64,000 nucleotides of DNA from Betaproteobacteria bacterium SCGC AG-212-J23. Its GTDB lineage: Bacteria > Pseudomonadota > Gammaproteobacteria > Burkholderiales > SG8-39. Below are positions 9,519 through 19,635 of the stretch, one piece after another. Position 1 is the first letter of the stretch. Each line of letters starts with the position of its first letter. Made by a program: the position numbers and the translations under genes. The notes beneath the pieces are model-generated. The model had not been told where the DNA came from. It saw only the letters and a program-made list of their open reading frames with translations, and made no database searches. Location: positions 3,879 to 67,878 of the forward strand of contig LSTF01000058.1 in assembly GCA_001644455.1 (NCBI GenBank), in the 5' to 3' direction.

Positions 9519-10657
9519 GCCTCGAGCCTCGGCACGTTCAGCCACTTCTTCTGCTTCCAGCTCTTCAAACCGAGCTCGGCGAGCTGCACGCCCTTCGCGC
9601 CTTCGAGCAGGCCCCAGCGGAACTTGCCCTCGCCCGCGACGTGCTTGAGGAACAGCTCCCACTGCACCTTGAAGGCGTTGTCGGTGTTCTCGTCGGGGAC
9701 TTCTTCCCAGCCCGCGAAAAAATCGATCGGCTGCGGAATGTCCGGATTCCAGACCGGCTTCGGCGTTTTTCCGTACGACTGAAACAGGCAGCGGCGCAGG
9801 CCCGCCACGGCGCTGCCCTCGGTGCCATCGACCTGCAGCGTGAGGAGATCGTCACGCCGCACGCGCACATCCCACGAGGAATTGAAGTGCGCGATCACGC
9901 CGCCGGCGAGCTGGAAGGTCGCATAAGCGGCATCGTCGGCCGTCGCCCTGTATTTCTTGCCGTTCTCGTCCCAGCGCCAGGGAATGTGCGTCGCGCCGAG
10001 GCAGCTCACGGACTTCACCGCGCCGAACAGGTTGTCGAGCACATAGCGCCAGTGGCAGAGCATGTCGAGGATGATCCCGCCGCCGTCCTGCTTGCGGTAG
10101 TTCCATGAAGGCCGTTGCGCGGGGACGCGGTCGCCCTCGAATACCCAGTAGCCGAATTCACCTCTCACGGACAGGATCCTTCCGAAGAACCCCTGCTCGC
10201 GCAGCTTCGCCAACTTCAGCATTCCCGGCAGCCAGAGCTTGTCCTGCACCACGCCGTGCTTGATGCGCGCTTTCTTCGCCGCTTTGTACAGATCGACGGC
10301 TTCCTTGAGGGAAGTCGCTACCGGCTTCTCGCAGTAGACGTGCTTGCCCGCGGCGATGGCGCGTTTCAGGAGCTTGGGCCGCAGCTGCGTCGAGGCCGCG
10401 TCGAAGAAGATTTCATCGTCGGAGCGAAGCGCCGCGTCAAGATCGGTCGTCCAGCGCTGCACGCCGTATTTCTTCGCCAGCTCCTCGACCTTCGCGGCAT
10501 TGCGACCGACGAGGATGGGATCGGGCATGACGCGCGTGCCGTCCTTGAGCGCGACGCCGCCCTGCTTGCGGATCTCGAGGATCGAGCGCACCAGGTGCTG
10601 ATTCATGCCCATGCGCCCGGTGACGCCGTGCATGATGATGCCGATTCGGCGGTTCAT
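9515..10657 (-). CDS. Gfo/Idh/MocA-family NAD(P)-dependent oxidoreductase
   Basis: Track ORF with an N-terminal Rossmann segment (IGIIMHGVTGRMG), EKP motif (VYCEKPVA) and a C-terminal alpha/beta domain. Confidence 0.88.
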   Translation of the reverse strand: MNRRIGIIMHGVTGRMGMNQHLVRSILEIRKQGGVALKDGTRVMPDPILVGRNAAKVEELAKKYGVQRWTTDLDAALRSDDEIFFDAASTQLRPKLLKRAIAAGKHVYCEKPVATSLKEAVDLYKAAKKARIKHGVVQDKLWLPGMLKLAKLREQGFFGRILSVRGEFGYWVFEGDRVPAQRPSWNYRKQDGGGIILDMLCHWRYVLDNLFGAVKSVSCLGATHIPWRWDENGKKYRATADDAAYATFQLAGGVIAHFNSSWDVRVRRDDLLTLQVDGTEGSAVAGLRRCLFQSYGKTPKPVWNPDIPQPIDFFAGWEEVPDENTDNAFKVQWELFLKHVAGEGKFRWGLLEGAKGVQLAELGLKSWKQKKWLNVPRLEA

Positions 10658-11484
10658 TCGATGGCCTCAAGAATACCGCGCAGGTAACCGATCGCCCGTG
10701 CCGCGGCGGCGGGACCATCGGGCACATAGTCGAACGGCTCGACGGCGATGTCGCCGCGATAGCCGTGCTTTTTCAGCGCGGCGACCAGCGGCGCGAAGCG
10801 CTGCTCGCCCTGCCCCGGTCCCTGGCGGTTGCGGTCGTTCACCTGCACGTGCGCGATGACGCCTTTCGGCAGCCAGCGCTCGACCAGCGCTGGCAGCGAC
10901 TCCTTCTCGCTGCGCGAGGCGGCGCTGCAGTCGAGCATGGTTTTCAGCGCCGGGTTGCCGATTCTCGCGACGATACCGGCCGCCTCTTCGAGCGTATTGA
11001 CGAGCGGCGTCTGTTCCGGCGACAGCGGCTCGATGCAGTAGATGACCCCCGCCTTCTGCGCGCGCTCGGCGGCGGCGGCAAAGCATTCCTCGGCGCGCTG
11101 CGTCGCCGCGGCGCGCGTCTCGCCGGGGTCGATGCGCCGCTGGTGCGGCGAGCCGTGCACCAGGTAGCGGCCGCCCAGCTCGGCGCACTGGTCGACCAGG
11201 GCCAGCATGACGTCGATGGTTTGCTGCCTGATTTTCTTGTCTTTACTGCTGACGGACAGCCCGGCGGGCTTGATAAGCAGCCAGTGCAGGCCGGTGACTT
11301 CGATGCCGGCTTCGCGGGCCGCGGCGCGCGCCGCGGCGATCTGGCTCGAGCCCATGCGATGCGGCTCGTCGGACAGCGTATACGGAGCGATCTCGAGGCC
11401 GTCGTAGCCGAGCTTGCTTGCGTACTCGCACTGCCGCGGAAACGGCATCGGTGCGATCACTTCGTTACACAAGGCGATCCGCAT
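10654..11484 (-). CDS. Sugar phosphate isomerase/epimerase (xylose-isomerase-like TIM barrel, AP-endonuclease-2 fold)
   Basis: Track ORF, 276 aa. The N-terminus (MRIALCNEV...YASKLGYDGLEIAPY) and overall pattern are typical of the family. Confidence 0.85.
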   Translation of the reverse strand: MRIALCNEVIAPMPFPRQCEYASKLGYDGLEIAPYTLSDEPHRMGSSQIAAARAAAREAGIEVTGLHWLLIKPAGLSVSSKDKKIRQQTIDVMLALVDQCAELGGRYLVHGSPHQRRIDPGETRAAATQRAEECFAAAAERAQKAGVIYCIEPLSPEQTPLVNTLEEAAGIVARIGNPALKTMLDCSAASRSEKESLPALVERWLPKGVIAHVQVNDRNRQGPGQGEQRFAPLVAALKKHGYRGDIAVEPFDYVPDGPAAAARAIGYLRGILEAIE

Positions 11485-11491
11485 GGAGAGA

Positions 11492-11821
11492 CTAGTTGAA
11501 GCGCCCGCCGAGGCCGGCAGGGCATTTGCCTTGTTTCTCGAGCCAATGAATGGTGTTGCCTACCAGGACGACACTGCCCGAAATGACCACGCTCGCCGCC
11601 GCCACCGCGCCGATTGCGACCAGAAAAAGTGCACAACCTCGAGCATCGCCGCATCCGCCGCTCATCGGCAGGTTGCGAAGCTGCGCGGAGTCGAGCACCC
11701 ACTGTCGACTCACGACCTCGCAGTCTTTTTCGATCGGCCTTTCCGTTCGAGGATAGAAGACACACGCCGTGAGAAGCAGCGCTACGCCGAATGCCCCCGC
11801 CCTTACCGCGCGTGTTTCCAG
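11492..11821 (-). CDS. Hypothetical small membrane/lipoprotein (start unresolved)
   Basis: Tail of track ORF 11492..11998. It has a lipobox-like AFGVALLLTAC followed by a TM segment (ALFLVAIGAVAAASVVISGSVVLVG) and GC-rich third codon positions. No ATG/GTG/TTG precedes the lipobox. The drawn start is a CTG at 11821; internal GTG/ATG starts are alternatives. Confidence 0.3.
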   Translation of the reverse strand: METRAVRAGAFGVALLLTACVFYPRTERPIEKDCEVVSRQWVLDSAQLRNLPMSGGCGDARGCALFLVAIGAVAAASVVISGSVVLVGNTIHWLEKQGKCPAGLGGRFN

Positions 11822-12210
11822 GCCTTGTCCCAGTCCTCGCCGCGGAAATCGGTCACCCGACCATCCTTGTGGAAGAACTTGTTCGGGATCTGGAACATTG
11901 CGAGGAACAGTCCGCCCTTTGCGCCCGCCCAGGCTTCGTGGCGGCTGCCGGCGGGACGCCAGACGAACTGGCCGGCCGTGCACTCGCCTTCGGGGCACAC
12001 CAGGCTGCCTTCGAGGACGTAGGTCTGCTCGATCTTCACGTGCTCATGGTCGGGCAGGCGCGCGCCCGGCGCCATGCGCATCAGCGCCGTGATGAGGCCG
12101 CTCGGCTTGTCGACCAGCAGCGTCTTCTGCTCGATGCCGGCGTAGGCGGTCTTCTCCCACGGCAGGTTCGCGACGTCCAGGAATTTCGAGGCCAGCTCCG
12201 AACGGTTCAT
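11803..12210 (-). CDS. Cupin-domain protein (ChrR-like C-terminal cupin)
   Basis: The last 135 aa of track ORF 11803..13452 start at ATG 12210, which overlaps the pyk stop as ATGA. The sequence (PGARLPDHEHVKIEQTYVLEGSL...FVWRPAGSRHEA) reads as a cupin fold. Confidence 0.75.
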   Translation of the reverse strand: MNRSELASKFLDVANLPWEKTAYAGIEQKTLLVDKPSGLITALMRMAPGARLPDHEHVKIEQTYVLEGSLVCPEGECTAGQFVWRPAGSRHEAWAGAKGGLFLAMFQIPNKFFHKDGRVTDFRGEDWDKAWKHAR

Positions 12211-13646
12211 GGCTTGTAGTGCTCCCCGGCTTTGACGATCTTCATGGTGTTGGTGCCGCCCGCCTTGCCGATCGGCTCGCCGATGGTGAGGACGATGAGG
12301 TCGCCTTCCTTCACCACGTTGTTGGCGAACAGCACCTTCTCCGCCTCCGCGAGCAGCTCCTCGCGGTCGTGGCCGACGTATTTCACCATCAGCGGAGAGA
12401 CGTCGCGGAACAGCGCGCAGCGGTAGCGCGTCGCGGTCTGCGAGGTCAGGGCGTAGATCGGCACGCCGCAGTTGAGGCGGCTCATCCACAGCGCGGTCGA
12501 GCCCGATTCGGTCAGCGAGGCGATGCACTTCACTTTCAGGTGGTAGGCGGTGAAGAGCGCCGCCATGGCGATCGACTGGTCGACGCGCGTGAAGACGCGG
12601 TCGAGCAAATCCTTCTCGAGGCTGAGCGGCTGAGTCTGCTCGACTTCGACGCAGATGCGATGCATGGCCTCGATCGTCTCGACCGGATACTTGCCGCTCG
12701 CGCTTTCCGCCGACAGCATGACGGCGTCGGTGCCGTCGAGCACGGCGTTGGCGACGTCCGAGACCTCGGCGCGCGTCGGCACCGGGCTGGAGATCATCGA
12801 CTCCATCATCTGCGTCGCGGTGATGGTGAGCTTGTTCTGCTCGCGCGCCAGGCGAATCATCTTCTTCTGCAGCGCCGGCACCGAGGCGTCGCCGACCTCG
12901 ACCGCCAGGTCGCCGCGCGCCACCATGATGCCGTCGGAGCCGCGCATGATGTCGAGCAGCGCCGCTTCGCCGACCGCCTCGGCGCGCTCGATCTTGGCGA
13001 TGAGGAACGCCTTGCCGCCGGCGGCGCGCATCAGCTCGCGCGCCATGTACATGTCGGCGCCGCTCTTCGGGAACGAGACCGCCAGGTAGTCGGCCTGGAT
13101 CTTGGCCGCCGTGCGGATATCTTCCATGTCCTTGGCGGTGAGCGCCGGCGCCGTCAACCCGCCGCCCTGGCGGTTGATGCCCTTGTTGTTCGACAGCACG
13201 CCGCCGTGGCGCACCGTGGTGTGCACTTCCTCGCCGCGCACCTCGACGACGTCGAGGACGATCTTGCCGTCGTCGAGCAGCAGCACCGCGCCCGGGCCGA
13301 CGTCGCGCGGCAGCTCCTTGTAGTCGAGCCCCGAGCGGTTGCCGTCGCCCATCTCGCAGCCGGCATCGAGCACGAACTTCTGCCCTTTCTCCAGCATCAC
13401 CTTGCCGTCCTTGAACTTGCCGACGCGGATCTTCGGCCCCTGCAGGTCGCACAGGATCGCCACCGTGCGCCCGACTCTGGAAGCGATCTCCTTGACGACC
13501 TTCGCCCGGTTCTCGTGATCCTGCGCGGTGCCATGCGAGAAGTTGAGGCGCACGACGTCGACGCCGGCGCGCACCATGCGCTCGAGCACGGCCGGATCGC
13601 TCGATGCGGGCCCCAGGGTCGCGACGATTTTTGTACTGCGCATCAT
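12207..13646 (-). CDS. pyk: Pyruvate kinase
   Basis: Track ORF 12207..13682. The N-terminus MMRSTKIVATLGPA starts at 13646 (or 13643). Motifs RLNFSHG and MVARGDLAVEV. Confidence 0.93.
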   Translation of the reverse strand: MMRSTKIVATLGPASSDPAVLERMVRAGVDVVRLNFSHGTAQDHENRAKVVKEIASRVGRTVAILCDLQGPKIRVGKFKDGKVMLEKGQKFVLDAGCEMGDGNRSGLDYKELPRDVGPGAVLLLDDGKIVLDVVEVRGEEVHTTVRHGGVLSNNKGINRQGGGLTAPALTAKDMEDIRTAAKIQADYLAVSFPKSGADMYMARELMRAAGGKAFLIAKIERAEAVGEAALLDIMRGSDGIMVARGDLAVEVGDASVPALQKKMIRLAREQNKLTITATQMMESMISSPVPTRAEVSDVANAVLDGTDAVMLSAESASGKYPVETIEAMHRICVEVEQTQPLSLEKDLLDRVFTRVDQSIAMAALFTAYHLKVKCIASLTESGSTALWMSRLNCGVPIYALTSQTATRYRCALFRDVSPLMVKYVGHDREELLAEAEKVLFANNVVKEGDLIVLTIGEPIGKAGGTNTMKIVKAGEHYKP

Positions 13647-13665
13647 TGAGGACGTCCCGATGATT

Positions 13666-14436
13666 TTATCCGATTCGCCCACGCTCGATGACTGCTTTTC
13701 CCTTGGCGTCGCGTGTCTCGAAAAGAATCTCGTCGCCGACCCGCGACGCGTGCACCGTGAGCGTGCTGGGCATGGGCACCATGCCGGCGAATCGGCAGCG
13801 AACGCGCTTCGCGTTCTTGGTCAATTGCGAGACGGAGAGCGCCAAGGTTGCAGTGCCGTGCAGGATGATCCCGGGCAATCCCGCGGCGCGCGCGTACTCG
13901 GGATCGGTATGGATCGGATTCCAGATGCGCGCGCACTCGGTATAGACGTGACCGGCAGTCGCGGCGACCGGAAAATTTCCGGCAGTCGGCAATTCCCGGT
14001 CGTGCTTCGGTGGATCGTCGACGCTGCCGCGGTCGCCGCCCTCCAGCGTCACGCCGCGATAGAGCATTCCGTAGCGAGTGGTGCTCACCGTTTCATTGCC
14101 GGCTTTCGCAATGAGTTCGAAGACGACAAATGCGCCAGGGCCGCGCTGCGTCGCCGCCACAACTCTTGCGCTGACGCCGAGAATTTCCCCTGGAACGACT
14201 TTTCTGTGCAGCACCAGATCGTGCTGCGCGTGCACGAGGCGCGCGTTGAGCTCCTGCAGCCCGGTCGCAACACGCAGCGCGTTCGTCGCCGGCCACTCGT
14301 AGCAGACCGGGAAGAGCGGGTGCGCCTCTTCGCCCACTTCGCCGAGCGCGGCGTTGTAGGCCATCAGCCAGCGCTTATCGATAGGCTGCCGGTCGGGACC
14401 GATCTCGTGCCCGACGATACCGGAGGAGATCTTCAA
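13666..14436 (-). CDS. MaoC-like (R)-hydratase / hotdog-fold dehydratase, two-domain
   Basis: Last 256 aa of track ORF 13666..15108. TTG 14436 overlaps the pgk stop (TTGA); an alternative ATG lies at 14364. MaoC motif [25 protein letters not shown]. Confidence 0.75.
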   Translation of the reverse strand: MKISSGIVGHEIGPDRQPIDKRWLMAYNAALGEVGEEAHPLFPVCYEWPATNALRVATGLQELNARLVHAQHDLVLHRKVVPGEILGVSARVVAATQRGPGAFVVFELIAKAGNETVSTTRYGMLYRGVTLEGGDRGSVDDPPKHDRELPTAGNFPVAATAGHVYTECARIWNPIHTDPEYARAAGLPGIILHGTATLALSVSQLTKNAKRVRCRFAGMVPMPSTLTVHASRVGDEILFETRDAKGKAVIERGRIG

Positions 14437-15593
14437 GCCCGAGCTTCGAGCGCCGCGACCGCGGGAAGCGTCTTGCCTTCGAGGAATTCCAGGAACGCGC
14501 CGCCGGCAGTCGAGATGTAGTCGATCTTGTCGGCGACCCCGAACTTGTTGATCGCGGCGATGGTGTCGCCGCCGCCGGCGAGCGAAAACCCCTTGGAGGC
14601 GGCGATGGCGTGCGCGAGCGCCTCGGTGCCTTTGGCGAACGGCGCCATCTCGAACACGCCGACCGGCCCGTTCCAGACGATCGTCCCCGCCTCCGCGACG
14701 ATCTTCGCCAGCTCGGCCTGCGCCTTCGGACCGATGTCGAGGATCATCTCGTCCTTGTCGACCGCGGCAACGTCCTTGGTCTCGGCGCGCGCGCGTTCCG
14801 ACATCTCGGTCGCAACCACCACGTCCGCGGGCATCGGCACCTTGCCGCCGGCGAGCAGCTTCTTCGCTTCGCCGACCAGATCCTTCTCCGCGAGCGACTT
14901 GCCGATCGGCTTGCCCTGCGCGAGCAGGAACGTGTTGGCGATCCCGCCGCCCACGATCAGGCGATCGACTTTCTTCGCCAGCGCCGCGAGGATCGTCAGC
15001 TTGGTCGAGACCTTCGAGCCCGCCACAATTGCGACCAGTGGCCGCGCCGGATTTGATATTGCTTTTCCCAAAGCATCCAATTCCGCAGCCATGAGTGGGC
15101 CCGCACACGCCACCCTGGCGAAGCGCGCGATGCCGTGGGTGGTCGCTTCCGCGCGGTGCGCGGTGCCGAACGCGTCGTTGACGTAGACGTCGCAGAGCGC
15201 CGCCATCGTCCTCGCCAGCGCCTCGTCATCGGCCTTCTCGCCGACGTTGAAGCGGCAGTTTTCCAGCAGCACGACCTGGCCGGGCTTCACATCGATGCCG
15301 TTCAGCCAGTCACGAACCAGAGGTACGTTTTTTTTCAGTAGCTCAGAAAGGCGTTTTGCGACCGGCGCAAGCGAATCCTTGGGATCGAACTTGCCTTCCT
15401 TCGGCCGCCCGAGGTGCGAGGTCACCATCACGGCGGCGCCGGCCTTCAGCGCCTGCTCGATCGCGGGCATCGAAGCGCGGATGCGAGTGTCGTCGGTGAT
15501 GCCGCCGGCGTCGTCCTGCGGGACGTTGAGGTCGGCGCGGATGAAGACGCGCTTGCCGCGCAGCTCCACGTCCGACATGCGCTTGAACCGCAC
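14433..15593 (-). CDS. pgk: Phosphoglycerate kinase
   Basis: Track ORF 14433..15653. GTG 15593 gives (M)[24 protein letters not shown], which aligns with canonical Pgk N-termini. An alternative ATG lies at 15578. Confidence 0.93.
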   Translation of the reverse strand: MRFKRMSDVELRGKRVFIRADLNVPQDDAGGITDDTRIRASMPAIEQALKAGAAVMVTSHLGRPKEGKFDPKDSLAPVAKRLSELLKKNVPLVRDWLNGIDVKPGQVVLLENCRFNVGEKADDEALARTMAALCDVYVNDAFGTAHRAEATTHGIARFARVACAGPLMAAELDALGKAISNPARPLVAIVAGSKVSTKLTILAALAKKVDRLIVGGGIANTFLLAQGKPIGKSLAEKDLVGEAKKLLAGGKVPMPADVVVATEMSERARAETKDVAAVDKDEMILDIGPKAQAELAKIVAEAGTIVWNGPVGVFEMAPFAKGTEALAHAIAASKGFSLAGGGDTIAAINKFGVADKIDYISTAGGAFLEFLEGKTLPAVAALEARA

Positions 15594-15595
15594 GA

Positions 15596-16602
15596 CTACT
15601 TCGCGTTGATCAGCGCGACGGTGGCATCCAGCATGCGGTTGGAAAAGCCCCACTCATTGTCGTACCAGGAGTACACCTTCACCAGCGTGCCACCGGCGAC
15701 CTTGGTCAGCAGGGCCTCGAAGATCGAGCTTGCGGGGTTGTGGTTGAAGTCCGACGACACCAGCTCCTCGGTGCTGACCTCGAGCACGCCCTTGAGGTCG
15801 GTGTCGGCCGCCTGCTTCACCGCCTTGTTCACCTCCTCGACGCTGGTTGCCTTCTTCGCCACGAAGGTCAGGTCGACCAGCGAGACGTTGATCGTCGGTA
15901 CGCGAATCGAGAAGCCGTCGAGCTTGCCGTTGAGGTGCGGCAGGACCAGGCCAACCGCGGCTGCGGCGCCGGTCTTGGTCGGGATCATGTTATGTGTCGC
16001 CGAGCGCGCGCGACGCAGGTCCTTGTGGAAAACGTCCGTCAGCACCTGGTCGTTGGTGAACGAGTGGATCGTCGTCATCAGCCCGGAGACGACGCCGATG
16101 CGGTCGTCGAGCGCCTTGACCAGCGGCGCGAGGCAGTTGGTGGTGCACGAAGCGTTGGAGATCACCGTGTCGCTCGCCTTGAGCGAGGCGTGATTGACGC
16201 CGTAAACGATGGTGCGGTCGACATCCTTCTCCGCCGGCGCCGAGATGATCACCTTCCTCGCCCCTGCCTGCAGGTGCGCGCCCGCCTTCGCCTTGCTGGT
16301 GAAAAGGCCGGTGCACTCGAGCACCACGTCGACGCCGAGCGATTTCCACGGCAGCTTGGCCGGATCGCGCTCGGCGACGACTTTGATGCGATCGTTGTCG
16401 ACCACAATGCTGTCGCCGTCGACCCGCACCTTCGCCGGGAACCGGCCGTGCGCGGTGTCGTATTGCAGCAGGTGCGCGTTGGTCTTCGCGTCGCCGAGGT
16501 CATTGATGGCGACGAACTGCAGCCCGTGCTTCTTCGCCCCTTCGTAGTGAGCGCGCAGGACCATGCGGCCAATGCGCCCGAATCCGTTGATGGCGACCTT
16601 GA

Positions 16603-16606
<4 letters not shown>
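15596..16606 (-). CDS. gap: Glyceraldehyde-3-phosphate dehydrogenase
   Basis: Last 336 aa of track ORF 15596..17344. ATG 16606 overlaps the tkt stop as ATGA. Motifs INGFGRIGR and [12 protein letters not shown]. Confidence 0.95.
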
Positions 16607-18606
<2,000 letters not shown>

Positions 18607-18618
18607 CGGAACGCTCAA

Positions 18619-18626
18619 ATTATACT
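18619..18626. promoter_or_regulatory. Back-to-back -10 elements ATTATACT (TATACT on +, TATAAT on -) between tkt and nudC
   Basis: This is the only AT-rich octamer in the 26-nt spacer. The + hexamer ends 6 nt before the nudC ATG and the - hexamer ends 12 nt before the tkt ATG. Neither gene has a Shine-Dalgarno. Confidence 0.45.
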
Positions 18627-18632
18627 CAGCGC

Positions 18633-19520
18633 ATGCATGAGCTCCCCTTCGGAAGACCGGCGGATTTCGAGCAGCTCGTTTCGTGCGAGCGACCGGGAGA
18701 AGCGCACTGGCTCGTCTTCCGCGGTACCGATCTGCTGGTCGAGCTTGGCCCGCTAACGGCCCCCAGCGACGACCTCCGGGTCAAAGCCCGGCCCGCTTGG
18801 GCGCGCTTGCCGTTGCAGAAAAACCACAACTGGTTGGGTTCTGCGGCGGTCCGAAGCCTATATCTAGGGCGTCTGGGGGATCGCGACTTCTGGGCCGCCG
18901 AGCTCCCCGGCGAGGCGCCGGCGCCGGCGGGGATGTCCTGGCAGGGGCTGCGGACCCTGTTCTCTGTGCTCGACGACGCCCATTTCGCCCTCGCCGGGCG
19001 CGCCGTCCAGCTCGTCGACTGGGACCGGACGCACCAGTTCTGCGGCCGCTGCGGCACTGCCACAGAGGCAAAGCGCGAGGAGCGCGTCCGCGTCTGCCCC
19101 GCCTGCAAGCTGTCGGCTTATCCGAGGGTGGCGCCGGCGATCATGGCGCTGGTGAAGCGCGGCAGGGAGATCCTCCTCGGCCGCAGCCCGCACTTCCCGC
19201 CCGGGATGTACAGCGCGCTGGCCGGTTTTGCCGAGCCGGGAGAGTCGCTCGAGCAGTGCCTGGCGCGCGAGGTGGCCGAGGAAGTCGGCGTGCGGGTAAA
19301 CAACATCCGCTACTTCGCCAGCCAGTCGTGGCCGTTCCCGCACTCGCTGATGATCGCGTTCGTCTGCGACTGGGTGGAAGGCGATCTGAAGCTTCAAGAC
19401 ACGGAAATCGAGGACGCTAAGTGGTTCGAAGTATTGCAATTGCCGAAACTTCCGAGCAGAATCTCGATCGCTCGCAGACTGATTGATGCGGTTGTCAATG
19501 AGCTGCGGCAAAACGTTTAG
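18633..19520 (+). CDS. nudC: NAD-capped RNA hydrolase / NADH pyrophosphatase NudC
   Basis: Track ORF with a zinc ribbon (CGRCG...CPAC), Nudix box ([23 protein letters not shown]) and the NudC signature SQSWPFPHS. Confidence 0.9.
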   Translation: MHELPFGRPADFEQLVSCERPGEAHWLVFRGTDLLVELGPLTAPSDDLRVKARPAWARLPLQKNHNWLGSAAVRSLYLGRLGDRDFWAAELPGEAPAPAGMSWQGLRTLFSVLDDAHFALAGRAVQLVDWDRTHQFCGRCGTATEAKREERVRVCPACKLSAYPRVAPAIMALVKRGREILLGRSPHFPPGMYSALAGFAEPGESLEQCLAREVAEEVGVRVNNIRYFASQSWPFPHSLMIAFVCDWVEGDLKLQDTEIEDAKWFEVLQLPKLPSRISIARRLIDAVVNELRQNV

Positions 19521-19580
19521 GAGGTTTTGAACGAATTGAGCGCGATTGAAGAGCGCTGTTTGCGCCGAAAGGCGCGGATG

Positions 19581-19620
19581 GAAGGCGAGGCTGCTACCGC
19601 GGGCCTCGCCTTCGCATTTT
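19581..19620 (+). terminator. Intrinsic terminator-like hairpin after nudC, lying in the speDE leader
   Basis: Perfect 11-bp stem GAAGGCGAGGC/GCCTCGCCTTC (19581-19591 / 19603-19613) followed by GCATTTT. The T-run abuts the GGAGG of the next gene. Confidence 0.6.
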
Positions 19621-19635
19621 GGAGGTGTAAATAAG

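Noticed and set aside
19521-19635. Possible SAM, SAH or other known riboswitch upstream of the AdoMet decarboxylase fusion.
   Set aside because: I could not match the sequence to any riboswitch consensus I know. It is retained only as a generic terminator/attenuator hypothesis.
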